DNA of 64,000 nt. Source: a bacterium (GTDB lineage Bacteria > SZUA-182 > DTGQ01 > JAFGSM01). Below the pieces are notes generated by a model that was not told the origin of the DNA, made no database searches, and was given only the letters and a program-made list of their open reading frames with translations. A program made the translations under genes and the position numbers. The first letter of the stretch is position 1. Each line of letters opens with the position of its first letter. The stretch covers positions 22,760 through 86,759 of the forward strand of contig JBLIRN010000003.1 of assembly GCA_049472315.1 (NCBI GenBank), in the 5' to 3' direction. Below, piece after piece: positions 41,101 to 49,765 of this stretch.

Positions 41101-43683
41101 TTTGTTCTTGATCAGGGTGTCGAAATTCAGGGGGTCCACCTCCTGCCCGTTAAGGAGCAGGCTGATCCGCTCGGATGAATGATGTTTTATCATTACCTTT
41201 ATGCTTGGGATGGAGGGGAGATACCCCTCTGCAGGAAAGAGCCATTCAAACCCGGACGTGGCGCTCTCCAGCCATGCATCGTCAAAGGAGGTCTTTCCCT
41301 CGGTTACGTCCTGCCCGGTCTGTGCTGCCCCATTTCCCTTCCCAGGAGCAGCACCCTGTGTCCTGGCCTTCATGAGTTCGCTATTCCCGGCCTGGAAATG
41401 TGCATCTATAACTGCAACGGGTGTGCGCCGGTTGCGCTGTGCCTGCGTATCAAAAAGCATCACCCCCCGTACCGATCCCTGTTCCCCCTTTGCCTCGGAT
41501 AGGCAGGCATTCACCCTCAGGGTCTTCGCCCATTCCGCCTGCGTATCCCCGAGGCGAACGGTGAGGGCGCCATCGGCAATCTCCGGGAGAATCGGCGCTG
41601 CATCGAGGAGGGCGCTCCCTTCCTCATAGGCGACACCATCCGGAAGCATCAGCACGATACGGACATTCTGCAGCGGTACACCCGTGCCCCCCATATGAAT
41701 CAGATACCCTCTTGTTTCTCCATCGTCAAGGGGCTCAGCGTCAATCGACATGAATGCCTCGCCCTGCGGCGGCCTTTTCGGACAGACCATGAAGTCCGCC
41801 CGCCACATTGCACCTGCCTGGAGATCAATGAACTGGGAGAAGGCATTCTCGGCGAACCGGTCGTGCGCACCCTCCTTGGGCCGATATCCCTCCGGGATGC
41901 TCTCGACATCCATTTGCACCACATGTGCGCCCGGGTCAACCCCTTCAAAGTGATACATCCCGTTTTTGTCGGTGATCACCGAAGAGCCGTCTTCAAGATA
42001 TATCCGCACACCGGGAAGCACGTCTGCGGCCGGAGCCTTTCCCGTGTCCTCCCTGTCAGCGTTTTCTTTTTGCATAATTCCGCCGTCCGCACATCCCTCG
42101 ATGCGCACCTGCCCGAGGATGATGCAGGTCGAGCGCATGAACTCATGGCGGACCTTCACCGTAACTGCACCTATATTGGAATTTTCGCCCCCTATCCCCG
42201 TTGCCCATGCCAGGTTCTCCACATCCCCGATCCTGGCGCCTGCAGCCACCTCAGCCACATAGCTCACACTCACCTCGGAACCGGCCGGGAGGTCCCCGAG
42301 GGCAAAGGTCATGGTGCGTCCGTCCGGGGCAATGAGGGGGGCTTCCCCATGCTTTCCGTTTATTCTGGCTGAATCCCTTTGATAGCGAAATCCCTTGGGG
42401 AGAAGGTCCTTGACCTCCACACCCGGAACGGTGGCGGCAGCGCTCGGATTCTCCACACTCACCGTGAACTGGATGAAGTCCCCGTGCGAAACCGTGTGCT
42501 TGGAAGCGGTTTTTCTGACATAAAGGGCGGATGCGGCAGGGTCGAGGGGGATATCGATATGCACGACAGGACCCGGATTCACCACGAATATTCCGCCGAG
42601 CGATCCTGTGTCTATGGCAAAGGGCGCACCGGGAAGCGACTGGATGATACTCGCGGATACGGTGGAGGGAAAGAAATAATCCGCAGGCGGGGTGATCTCG
42701 AACCGGTAGTTGCCGGGGGCTATGAAGGGGAACCTGAATTTGCCCGGCTCAAAGACATACGCCCTGCCGCTGCTGTCCTTGACGCTTTCCCCCGAGATGA
42801 CGGTGGAAGGGAATACGCTCACCCCGTCATCCCCGAAGACCGCGGCAGGGAGGCCGGTGTCCGCATCGATACAGGTGATGGTCGCCCCGTTCACCGGAAG
42901 CCCGGTCATGCTGTCAAAGATGATCCCGTATGGATCCACCAGCGCAGCGGATGCATCCGTATCCGTCCCATCCCATTGGTCGGAGTATGTCGCTGCGACC
43001 CTGACATCCTCGGCCACAGAGAGGAGGCCGTCATACATGACAGCGGAAATACTGCTGGTCTGGACATAGCCGACAAAAATCCCCGTGTTTTCCCCGGATT
43101 CCGTGAGGCGAAGGACCTCCTTCTCACCCAGAGAATCAATGCTGATGGTCACCAGGACCGTATCGCGGTGGTCAGGATCGACATCCTGATCCTGATCCCT
43201 GAGCACCAGGAAGAGGGGCTCCCCCTTGTGGTATATGCCTCTTTGGGTAAGGGGAACCGGTCCGCTCATGTCAAGGGGTGTGCCGAATATGGTTGGGGCT
43301 CCCAGAGGGCGGAACTCCCCGCTGCCGCCGGAATCATATTCCGTTGCTGCGATGCTGAAGTATTCCCCGCCGGACGCCTGGGGCGCATACTGCCGGAAGC
43401 TCAGCTCCGAGGGGGTGCGGAACTCGATCTCCATGGCCACCGTATTGGACTGGGCCATGAGCGCAGCCTCATCGCCGATCCGGTAGGATGCACTAGCCGT
43501 ATTGAGGACCTTCCTGGGAAAACGGGTCGAATCAGCCCGCAGATTGGATGCAAGAAGGAGAAGGCAAAGGCAAAGGAGTATGAGGAGCATCGGAGGATTC
43601 CGAAGCCACCACACCGCTATCCGCACCCGAAAAGAACATGCCAGGGACATGCCGGAAAGCAGGGGTGAAAAATCTCTCTTCAT
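38170..43683 (-). CDS. Large DUF11/Ig-domain outer-membrane protein with a putative C-terminal beta-barrel
   Basis: Signal peptide; DUF11 domain (LYVRKTA..KDLLP..VENLA); SdrD-B-like PGVRIYLEDG..TDKNGMYHF; ~800 aa of amphipathic strands ending GPYLRFRFKI. Confidence 0.8.
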   Translation of the reverse strand: MKRDFSPLLSGMSLACSFRVRIAVWWLRNPPMLLILLCLCLLLLASNLRADSTRFPRKVLNTASASYRIGDEAALMAQSNTVAMEIEFRTPSELSFRQYAPQASGGEYFSIAATEYDSGGSGEFRPLGAPTIFGTPLDMSGPVPLTQRGIYHKGEPLFLVLRDQDQDVDPDHRDTVLVTISIDSLGEKEVLRLTESGENTGIFVGYVQTSSISAVMYDGLLSVAEDVRVAATYSDQWDGTDTDASAALVDPYGIIFDSMTGLPVNGATITCIDADTGLPAAVFGDDGVSVFPSTVISGESVKDSSGRAYVFEPGKFRFPFIAPGNYRFEITPPADYFFPSTVSASIIQSLPGAPFAIDTGSLGGIFVVNPGPVVHIDIPLDPAASALYVRKTASKHTVSHGDFIQFTVSVENPSAAATVPGVEVKDLLPKGFRYQRDSARINGKHGEAPLIAPDGRTMTFALGDLPAGSEVSVSYVAEVAAGARIGDVENLAWATGIGGENSNIGAVTVKVRHEFMRSTCIILGQVRIEGCADGGIMQKENADREDTGKAPAADVLPGVRIYLEDGSSVITDKNGMYHFEGVDPGAHVVQMDVESIPEGYRPKEGAHDRFAENAFSQFIDLQAGAMWRADFMVCPKRPPQGEAFMSIDAEPLDDGETRGYLIHMGGTGVPLQNVRIVLMLPDGVAYEEGSALLDAAPILPEIADGALTVRLGDTQAEWAKTLRVNACLSEAKGEQGSVRGVMLFDTQAQRNRRTPVAVIDAHFQAGNSELMKARTQGAAPGKGNGAAQTGQDVTEGKTSFDDAWLESATSGFEWLFPAEGYLPSIPSIKVMIKHHSSERISLLLNGQEVDPLNFDTLIKNKLGTAALSVWRGIDLHEGDNLFDAVLRNSQGEETGRITRSIHYSDIPVDVEIREEDSVPCADGKTPPVIAIRLTDKYGYPARQGVIGEFSVDPPYAALQESEAYQNFQLSGMNKYRPRYTVGRDGIALLRLQPTSSTGEVVIRLNLAGGEREIRTWLRPAAREWILVGLAQGGIGYTTVRDHMEGADETGMEEGMITDGGVAFFAKGQIKGKWLMTIAYDSERDTHRDDKNLHQDIDPDAYYGLYGDSTSQAHEAASTEKLYLKIERGQFYALFGDYDTGITVTELSRYSRTFTGFKTEGQSEYYTFSAFVSETNQAFIKDEIRGNGTSGLYHLSRSNIVQGSEKVAIQTRDRFHSERIISAEQLTRYIDYAIDYETGSLYFKQPVMSKDQQFNPVFIVVDYESHDNGDRSANYGGRGAVRLMDRGLELGATHIHEGGIGGQGNLYGVDMTYDLSHGNSIKAEVAHSSSDFAGTKREGDAYIAEVTHESDQGHGSIYIREEQDGFGLGQQNGSETGTQKAGAEASRIVNERITLSGQAYRYTFRATGAVRDVLEGEGTYRNGAYSIKAGMRGAADELGDGRVNRSNQLLAGAGYDAFGERLSLSLGHAQSVGGDNDSGDFPTRTMLGADYHIAADTTLFATHEITDGRAEDTQMSRIGLKTSPWSGGEVQTSMQQDINENGPRTFANLGLRQTWQVTEQWAVDGSLDQTRTIEDSGNTPLNLNVSPASGGGDDFTSLSLGATYTRQKWSWTNRVERLISDTSHKWGVFTGILGEPRHGLGLSFSAQVFHTEHATGAEDSTGDIRLCLAHRPTQTDWIILDRLDFLVDSRRDDDTDLDSWRIVNHLNANYTRGRTQLSLQYGAKYVLETMDDDKYRGYTDLIGMEGRYDITKRVDAGVRVNILHSWNARQLDYSYGPSIGMCAAKNLWVSIGYNISGFTDRDFSHANYTAQGPYLRFRFKIDQTSGRDVTRLVRMLFS

Positions 43684-43947
43684 GATACTCCAGGGAAGCT
43701 CCCATCCTGTTTAATTCTTATTTAATCGACTGTCTCACATATTCACTAATCCATAGGGCTCCTGTCCCTTTGCTTGTATGCACCGCCACTGTCTGTGCAG
43801 ACATACATACATGGATATATGCCGCAGGTCTGAGTATATGCAATCAAAACCCGCATACCTTCATCCCTTCCGCGAACAGCAATCGACATTGTCATAGGGG
43901 ATTACTGCAGGCATGTTTTTCAGCGCAGGACCCAATGTGGGGGAATT

Positions 43948-45093
43948 CTACTGCACGATGACCCTGAACTTGACCGTGGCGGTTTCCCCGGCAGCCAGGT
44001 CTATCCCGGTAACAGTAACCGTATTTGCAGCGGTAACGCCAAAATCAGCCTCATCAGTATCATCAGCGTTTGTCAGCGCTGTCTCAGTTTCCGAATAAAG
44101 GTTCGGTGCTTTCACCATTATGCCCTTGTTCGGTAATGTACCATAGCAATTGGGATCAAAGGCGATTGTCCCGGTCGTGATTTCAGAATTCAGGCTGTCC
44201 GATACCGTTATGCCGGTTGCCGTCGCTGCCCCTGCTGCATTCGAAACGGTTATGAGATATTCGACAACAGCGCCTGGAATGCGCTTAGGATTCGATGTGC
44301 CATTAATCGGATCAGATTTCACTGTCGACTCTTTGGTAACGGTTAGCACCGATGAAACACACTTGTAATCATCCAGAGATGAGTATTGCCCGTCAGGCGA
44401 TATTCCATCTATCGACCCCTGCCCATCTGCAAAAACAACTTGCACAACATCTGGGTCATCAAGGTCACCGGAAGTGTTCAATGTTACACTACCCTTGCTG
44501 CCGGGAGATCCGCCGTCATGTGTGGTTGCTGTGAGGTGATAGGATGCATATTGGCCGTTCGTGGCGCTCAATGGCGCATCCGCCACGATAAAAACGTAAA
44601 TATTCACATCCGCAGCCAGTTCATCGATGAAGGTGGCGTTATCGGTTCCCGCTTCATAGATGCCGTTGCCGTTTACATCAACACGGATTTTTACCGAGGT
44701 CATGTCGAAAGCATCTTTTGTTTCATCTCCAAACGCGGTTTCACCCCCTGTATCAACCGTATTTGCATCCAGATGGTAATCCTGGACCGTATTGCCGGTA
44801 TTTGTCACCAGGAAGGTCAATACGTATCCGGAGCCTCCAGGGGTTATCGACACAGGACTTAGATCGTCGGTCGTAACGGTCAGGTCTACCTTGTTGTCTA
44901 CTACGAAGGTCGCCGCTGAGCTCGTTATGGGCGTCTGAGGTATGGTATTGACCGAATAATCGATGCTAGCGCTGTTAGAGATGATGGTTCCAGAAGCGGT
45001 CCCGGCCGCATAGACCACCTGCGTCACGCCAAGAAGAAGGGCGCCTGTCAGCACGAAAATAATTGCCATGCACAGCAAATCCTTGGTTTTCAC
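43948..45093 (-). CDS. Secreted DUF11-like protein (putative major filament subunit)
   Basis: GGAGG RBS and GTG start; signal peptide VYA/AGTASGTIISNSA; C-terminal LTVTK..VSDSL..FRVIVQ. Confidence 0.82.
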   Translation of the reverse strand: MKTKDLLCMAIIFVLTGALLLGVTQVVYAAGTASGTIISNSASIDYSVNTIPQTPITSSAATFVVDNKVDLTVTTDDLSPVSITPGGSGYVLTFLVTNTGNTVQDYHLDANTVDTGGETAFGDETKDAFDMTSVKIRVDVNGNGIYEAGTDNATFIDELAADVNIYVFIVADAPLSATNGQYASYHLTATTHDGGSPGSKGSVTLNTSGDLDDPDVVQVVFADGQGSIDGISPDGQYSSLDDYKCVSSVLTVTKESTVKSDPINGTSNPKRIPGAVVEYLITVSNAAGAATATGITVSDSLNSEITTGTIAFDPNCYGTLPNKGIMVKAPNLYSETETALTNADDTDEADFGVTAANTVTVTGIDLAAGETATVKFRVIVQ

Positions 45094-45196
45094 TGCAATC
45101 CTCCATTGTTTAGATACATATCAAGAATTTGTGTTGCCATGTATATTGTATGCATCATGGCATCTCAAAGCGTCTCAAGGTATCATATCCCTTTTT

Positions 45197-45697
45197 CTAT
45201 TCCAGTTGGGCGAGGTAGGACACCTGGCCTGTTTGACCCGGCTCCACGGCCTGCGTGAGCGCCCAGCGTATATGTGTATACTCGGAGGCCACCGCCACCC
45301 GCTCCTTATCCTCCTCATCCTTCACCTTGAGATTCTCGGGGGAATCGAAGACCTTGCCGCCGTCAATGGAAAAGGTGATGGACGCGCCATCTCCCAGGGC
45401 AGTTCCCCCCTTGTAGATCATGTGCTCCGGGATGGGGTTGTTGATGACGATATCGTTCACGGTCTCGTTTCCGACAACGGTGTAAAAAATCGTATAGATC
45501 ACCGTGTCGCCGGGCACCACCTTGGATGCCTCCACCCGCTGTATCTCCTTTTCTCCCTTTTCATTGACAATCTCGATCTCCCTTTCGGCAATGCACTTCA
45601 GCTCGATATGCCCTTTCTCCTGCGCGATTGCCGGGTAATTCAGGGCGAATGCAAGGAAAATTACAGGCAGCACCATGCGGGTACATATCCTTTTCAT
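45197..45697 (-). CDS. Small secreted single DUF11-like domain protein
   Basis: Signal peptide AIA/Q; VVPGDTVIYTIFY..INNPIP..IRW..VSYLAQLE. Confidence 0.78.
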   Translation of the reverse strand: MKRICTRMVLPVIFLAFALNYPAIAQEKGHIELKCIAEREIEIVNEKGEKEIQRVEASKVVPGDTVIYTIFYTVVGNETVNDIVINNPIPEHMIYKGGTALGDGASITFSIDGGKVFDSPENLKVKDEEDKERVAVASEYTHIRWALTQAVEPGQTGQVSYLAQLE

Positions 45698-45725
45698 TGC
45701 TCCTCTCCCTCCATTGTATTGTTCA

Positions 45726-46718
45726 TTAATCAATAGTGACCTTAAAAGAGATGGTTTGTGTCTCAGATGCGCTGGTCAGCTCCCCCAGCTTAACCGTAAC
45801 CGTGTTCGGTTTGGTTACCCCGACATCACCTGCATCTTCATCCTCTTCGTCAGAAAGTGGCGCTGTGTTCAATTTCAGTGTGCCCGCCACATATTCTGTC
45901 GCCGCTGGTATGGGATCTTCGATAATGACATTTTTGGCTGTTCCTGAACCGGTCACGGTCACGACAATGGAATAGGTGATGGTTGCCCCCGGAACAGGCC
46001 TATCCGTTTCGAATGGGTCGAGTATCTGTGCAGATTTCACAATGCTCACGATAACACCGGACACAAGATATGTACCGGTGGCGTTATCAGTCCCTCCGGA
46101 GAAACCGATGACCGCATCCGTCCCTCCCTGGCCATCACCCTCGAAGATTTCCCCCGCACCTGTCCCGGTCTTGGATGTGACGGTCAGCCTGCTGTCTCCT
46201 GTTTCGCCGTCATTGGGATCCAACGGGATATTGTTGAGGACGAAGACGGTGACATTGGCATCCGCCGCAATGGAAGGATCATTGGTCCCCACCTGGTACT
46301 GGGTTTCACCTGCATCGTAGACGCCGTTCTCATTATCATCAAAGAAGATATTTACCAGGGTCGGGTCGAAGTCATCGCCCGTGATGGTGCTGAGGGCGGA
46401 GAGGGTGAAGCCTTCCGGGCCGTTACCCGTATTGGTTACGAGAAAGGTGAGCACCCGGGATGTGGCGCCCGGGGTCACGACCACTGCAGACGCGTCCTCC
46501 CATGTAACATCGACATTGATAAGCTCATCAACGGTAAGGGTGTATGTATTGCTATCCTTGGTCAGCCCGGTTACCGTGCCGACGGTATAGGTGGCCGTTG
46601 CCTTGTTGCTTATCGGGGTCCCGGCCAGTGTACCGACAGCCAGGGCGGGCGGCGCTGCTGCAGAGAAAAGGAATAACGCGGTACAGGTGAGCAGTATGCA
46701 GTATGTCGTGAATCTCAT
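45726..46718 (-). CDS. Secreted DUF11-like protein (putative filament subunit)
   Basis: GGGGAG RBS; signal peptide ALA/VGTLAGTPISNKA; C-terminal SIVK..IEDPIP..FKVTID; paralogue of the gene at 43948-45093. Confidence 0.82.
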   Translation of the reverse strand: MRFTTYCILLTCTALFLFSAAAPPALAVGTLAGTPISNKATATYTVGTVTGLTKDSNTYTLTVDELINVDVTWEDASAVVVTPGATSRVLTFLVTNTGNGPEGFTLSALSTITGDDFDPTLVNIFFDDNENGVYDAGETQYQVGTNDPSIAADANVTVFVLNNIPLDPNDGETGDSRLTVTSKTGTGAGEIFEGDGQGGTDAVIGFSGGTDNATGTYLVSGVIVSIVKSAQILDPFETDRPVPGATITYSIVVTVTGSGTAKNVIIEDPIPAATEYVAGTLKLNTAPLSDEEDEDAGDVGVTKPNTVTVKLGELTSASETQTISFKVTID

Positions 46719-47185
46719 GTCTCCCCCTTTAAAGAGATGATTCAGAAAGATCCGTAAAAATAACCGCAGCCTCTTTAAAAAAGTACCAAAGAGAAGCAAA
46801 AAATATACCATACAGATTATTCAATAAGTTAAAAATAAATACATAAATATAAATTATTTTATAAATTCATGTCTGGACAAAGCGCAAAAAAAGGAACATA
46901 TGCCTTTGATTTGTTACAAAAAAGCACATCAGCATACTGCCCTCATCCATAGGGCATTTTATAATTTCTTGTTTTTATTTAATGTAGACTGTGCAAGGCC
47001 CCTTGTTCCATGTGCTTTTTGCCTGCTGACTGTTAAAACCCATACCGAAAGGCGTCCATTGTGGATTTCATACTATAGTGTGCCCATGATATATGATGAA
47101 AATGCGCCCGATTTGATGCCGCACCGCGAACCGGATGAGGGGATTTCTCCCTGCCGATTAGTTAATAGACAGGGGCGCACCATTC

Positions 47186-48424
47186 ATGAACGAACAGGAA
47201 AAGATAGAGCTCATTACCCAGATAAGCCTTGATATCAACAAGGTGAAGGACCTCGACATCCTCCTCGAGCGAATACTGACCAATGTCAGAAAATTCTTTA
47301 ATGCGGATGCAGGCTCTATCTATCTCAAACAGGGTGACAAATTGAAATTCAGCTACACCCAGAATGACACGCTCGCCACGCGTATGGGACCCAACAAAAA
47401 ACTCCTCTATACCACCTTTTCCATACCGATCGACAATGATTCCATTGCGGGGTATGTCGCCAGGAATCAGCAGATCCTGAACATCCCTGATGTATATGTC
47501 CTGAGTGGTTCGGAGGCGTATACCTTTGATGAGAATTTCGATCGGGTATCGGATTACAGGACCACCTCCGTCCTTGCCGTGCCCATGACCGACCAGCGTG
47601 GCGAGGTACTCGGTGTCTTGCAGATCATCAATGCAAAGGATGAGAAAGGGAGGGTAATCCCCTTTGCGCGTTCCAGCGAGGACATGATAGGGCACTTTGC
47701 CACGAGTGTTGCCCTTGCCGTGGAGCGTGCACAGGTTACACGGGACCTCATTCTTCGGATGACAAGCATGGCCGAGTTGCGCGATCCCGATGAAACCGGC
47801 GCACATGTCAACAGGGTCGCTTCGTATGCGGTGGTCCTCTTTGAGGGCTGGGGATTGAGAAACGGCCTTTCTCATGCCGAGATCGACGGCAGGAAGGATA
47901 TGTTGAGGATGGCTGCCATGTTGCATGACGTCGGTAAGGTGGCGGTGAGTGATGTCATCCTCAAGAAACCCGGGCGCCTGACCTCAAAAGAATACGACAT
48001 AATCAAGAGCCATACCTATTTGGGCGCAAGGCTTTTCACCGGCATGCGATCGGAACTCGATGAGGTGGCTGCCGAGGTGGCCCTCAACCACCATGAGCGC
48101 TGGGATGGCACGGGATATCCGGGCCATATCGACCTTCTTACCGGTAAACCCCTCCCCGGATTCTCAGGGCCGGGGAACAGGCCATTGCCCAAAAAGGAAG
48201 ATGATATACCCCTCTTCGGAAGGATCGTTGCGGTTGCCGATGTCTACGACGCCCTCTCTTCACGCAGGTCATACAAGGAGCCCTGGGGTGAGGATCGGGT
48301 GATCGAGGAGATGTTCGACAATGCAGGAAGGCAGTTCGATCCGGAATTGATCAAGGTCTTTTTTTCCTACATCGATGTTCTGAGGTTTTTTGCTAATTAC
48401 TATCCTGATGTGTCAAGGGTCTGA
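47186..48424 (+). CDS. GAF plus HD-GYP phosphohydrolase (c-di-GMP phosphodiesterase-like)
   Basis: N-terminal GAF domain; ETGAHVNRV, LHDVGK, HHERWDGTGYP and AVADVYDAL motifs. Confidence 0.92.
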   Translation: MNEQEKIELITQISLDINKVKDLDILLERILTNVRKFFNADAGSIYLKQGDKLKFSYTQNDTLATRMGPNKKLLYTTFSIPIDNDSIAGYVARNQQILNIPDVYVLSGSEAYTFDENFDRVSDYRTTSVLAVPMTDQRGEVLGVLQIINAKDEKGRVIPFARSSEDMIGHFATSVALAVERAQVTRDLILRMTSMAELRDPDETGAHVNRVASYAVVLFEGWGLRNGLSHAEIDGRKDMLRMAAMLHDVGKVAVSDVILKKPGRLTSKEYDIIKSHTYLGARLFTGMRSELDEVAAEVALNHHERWDGTGYPGHIDLLTGKPLPGFSGPGNRPLPKKEDDIPLFGRIVAVADVYDALSSRRSYKEPWGEDRVIEEMFDNAGRQFDPELIKVFFSYIDVLRFFANYYPDVSRV

Positions 48425-48468
48425 ACCCCTTAATGCAGTCAAGGGGATTCACCGCCCCGGGCAGGTGA

Positions 48469-49314
48469 TCAGTTCCATTCGATGTCCTTGATGGCTATCT
48501 GGTTCTGTGACCTGTTCTCCCTGGCGAGGGGCTCTTGCCGGGTGAAGGATTTCCCCATGTGGTAGGCGTGGATTGAAAGGGCGCCGTTTTCCCGAATGGT
48601 TATAATGGTGTATCCATGCTCGTATTTCTGTCTTTCCCGTGAGTAGGTCATCGTGGGTACCGATATGATGCAGGGGGTATCAACGGGGATGTCCTCATCG
48701 AACACCAGATCGCTCCTCTTCGCACCGATGCCGGATTTAGAGGTCATTTGAAATCTATGTTCGTGGGATGCAAATACAGGGCGTGAGACCAGGTCGTAGG
48801 TGACGCAGAACTCGTTGCTATATCGGGTGTTGGAATAGTATGGCCTGTACACGCTCGAATGCACCAGCTCAAAGTAATCGTTTTCGATCTTGTCAGGGAA
48901 CCGGAGCATTTTTTTATACAGATCGGGCTGTTCAATCAATAGCTCGTATAACTGCCGGTTGTATTTGTCCTTTCTCGGGGAATACTTGTGCTTGGTGTCA
49001 CAATTCAAGACATTCCGGCAATGATTCCCCTTGATGGCGATGATACGGTTTTCTATGGTGAACCGGAGGCATTCGACGCACTCATCGAGGGGGGCATTGG
49101 CGCCGAACATGTCTCCAAGATGGAATACACCCTTTATATCGGGGTGCCTTTCCATGATTTCATAGACGGTTTCCCGGTAAATATTCAGAAAACCGTGGTT
49201 GTCGCCGATGAGGGCATATTTCCCGGGCGGTATGAACATCTTCCACACAAGCGCCCTTTCCTTCAGATGCCTACGAATGGCAATGTTTCGTATGGATGAG
49301 ATCAGATTCATCAT
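48469..49314 (-). CDS. Calcineurin-like metallophosphoesterase
   Basis: GDNHG, LGDMF, KGNHC, VHSS and SHEH motifs; start uncertain. Confidence 0.75.
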   Translation of the reverse strand: MMNLISSIRNIAIRRHLKERALVWKMFIPPGKYALIGDNHGFLNIYRETVYEIMERHPDIKGVFHLGDMFGANAPLDECVECLRFTIENRIIAIKGNHCRNVLNCDTKHKYSPRKDKYNRQLYELLIEQPDLYKKMLRFPDKIENDYFELVHSSVYRPYYSNTRYSNEFCVTYDLVSRPVFASHEHRFQMTSKSGIGAKRSDLVFDEDIPVDTPCIISVPTMTYSRERQKYEHGYTIITIRENGALSIHAYHMGKSFTRQEPLARENRSQNQIAIKDIEWN

Positions 49315-49460
49315 GTGTATTTCCCTTAAGGTTGCATCGATCCACAAACCTCACGTGATCCTTACCCTTTATATCGGCGCATCTCCCATCAAAACTTGGT
49401 GGTTACGCTCGGCTGAGAGAGTTTTTCAAGGTTTATCCACGGGGACTCTTTGATAATATA

Positions 49461-49652
49461 GAGAGGATCGTAGAGCGTCGCTACGCTCGGCCTGGCAAGC
49501 TTGGAATTTGTGACCTTTGTGGAGGATTGCGGAGAGGAGCATAGAGGCTCCGCTTCGCTCCGCCTGGCAAGCTTGGTTTGCGGGGATGCGACCCTCTTTG
49601 TTGCCGTGGAAGCATCATAGTGTTCCGCTTCGCTCCACCTGGCAAGCTTGGT
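49461..49652. repeat. Three degenerate ~45-bp direct repeats with 72/75-bp period
   Basis: Invariant CCTGGCAAGCTTGG at 49491, 49563 and 49638, each preceded by CGCT(T/A)CGCTC. Confidence 0.85.
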
Positions 49653-49730
49653 TGATTCATACAGGGCATGATTATTATGAATGGGATTTTTTCGTAAGAA
49701 ACAGGGGATGTCTTCCGTCTTAAATATTTG

Positions 49731-49759
49731 TTGAAAATCGTTCATATTTCAGGTATGAT
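49731..49759 (+). promoter_or_regulatory. Putative sigma70 promoter
   Basis: TTGAAA - 17 nt - TATGAT. Confidence 0.55.
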
Positions 49760-49765
49760 ATCTTC

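Noticed and set aside
46720..47185. c-di-GMP riboswitch upstream of the DUF11 operon
   Set aside because: The GEMM-I consensus elements were not found on the coding strand.
49461..49652. CRISPR array
   Set aside because: Only three degenerate units, a long imperfect repeat with short spacers, no typical repeat terminus and no cas genes; kept as an unclassified repeat.
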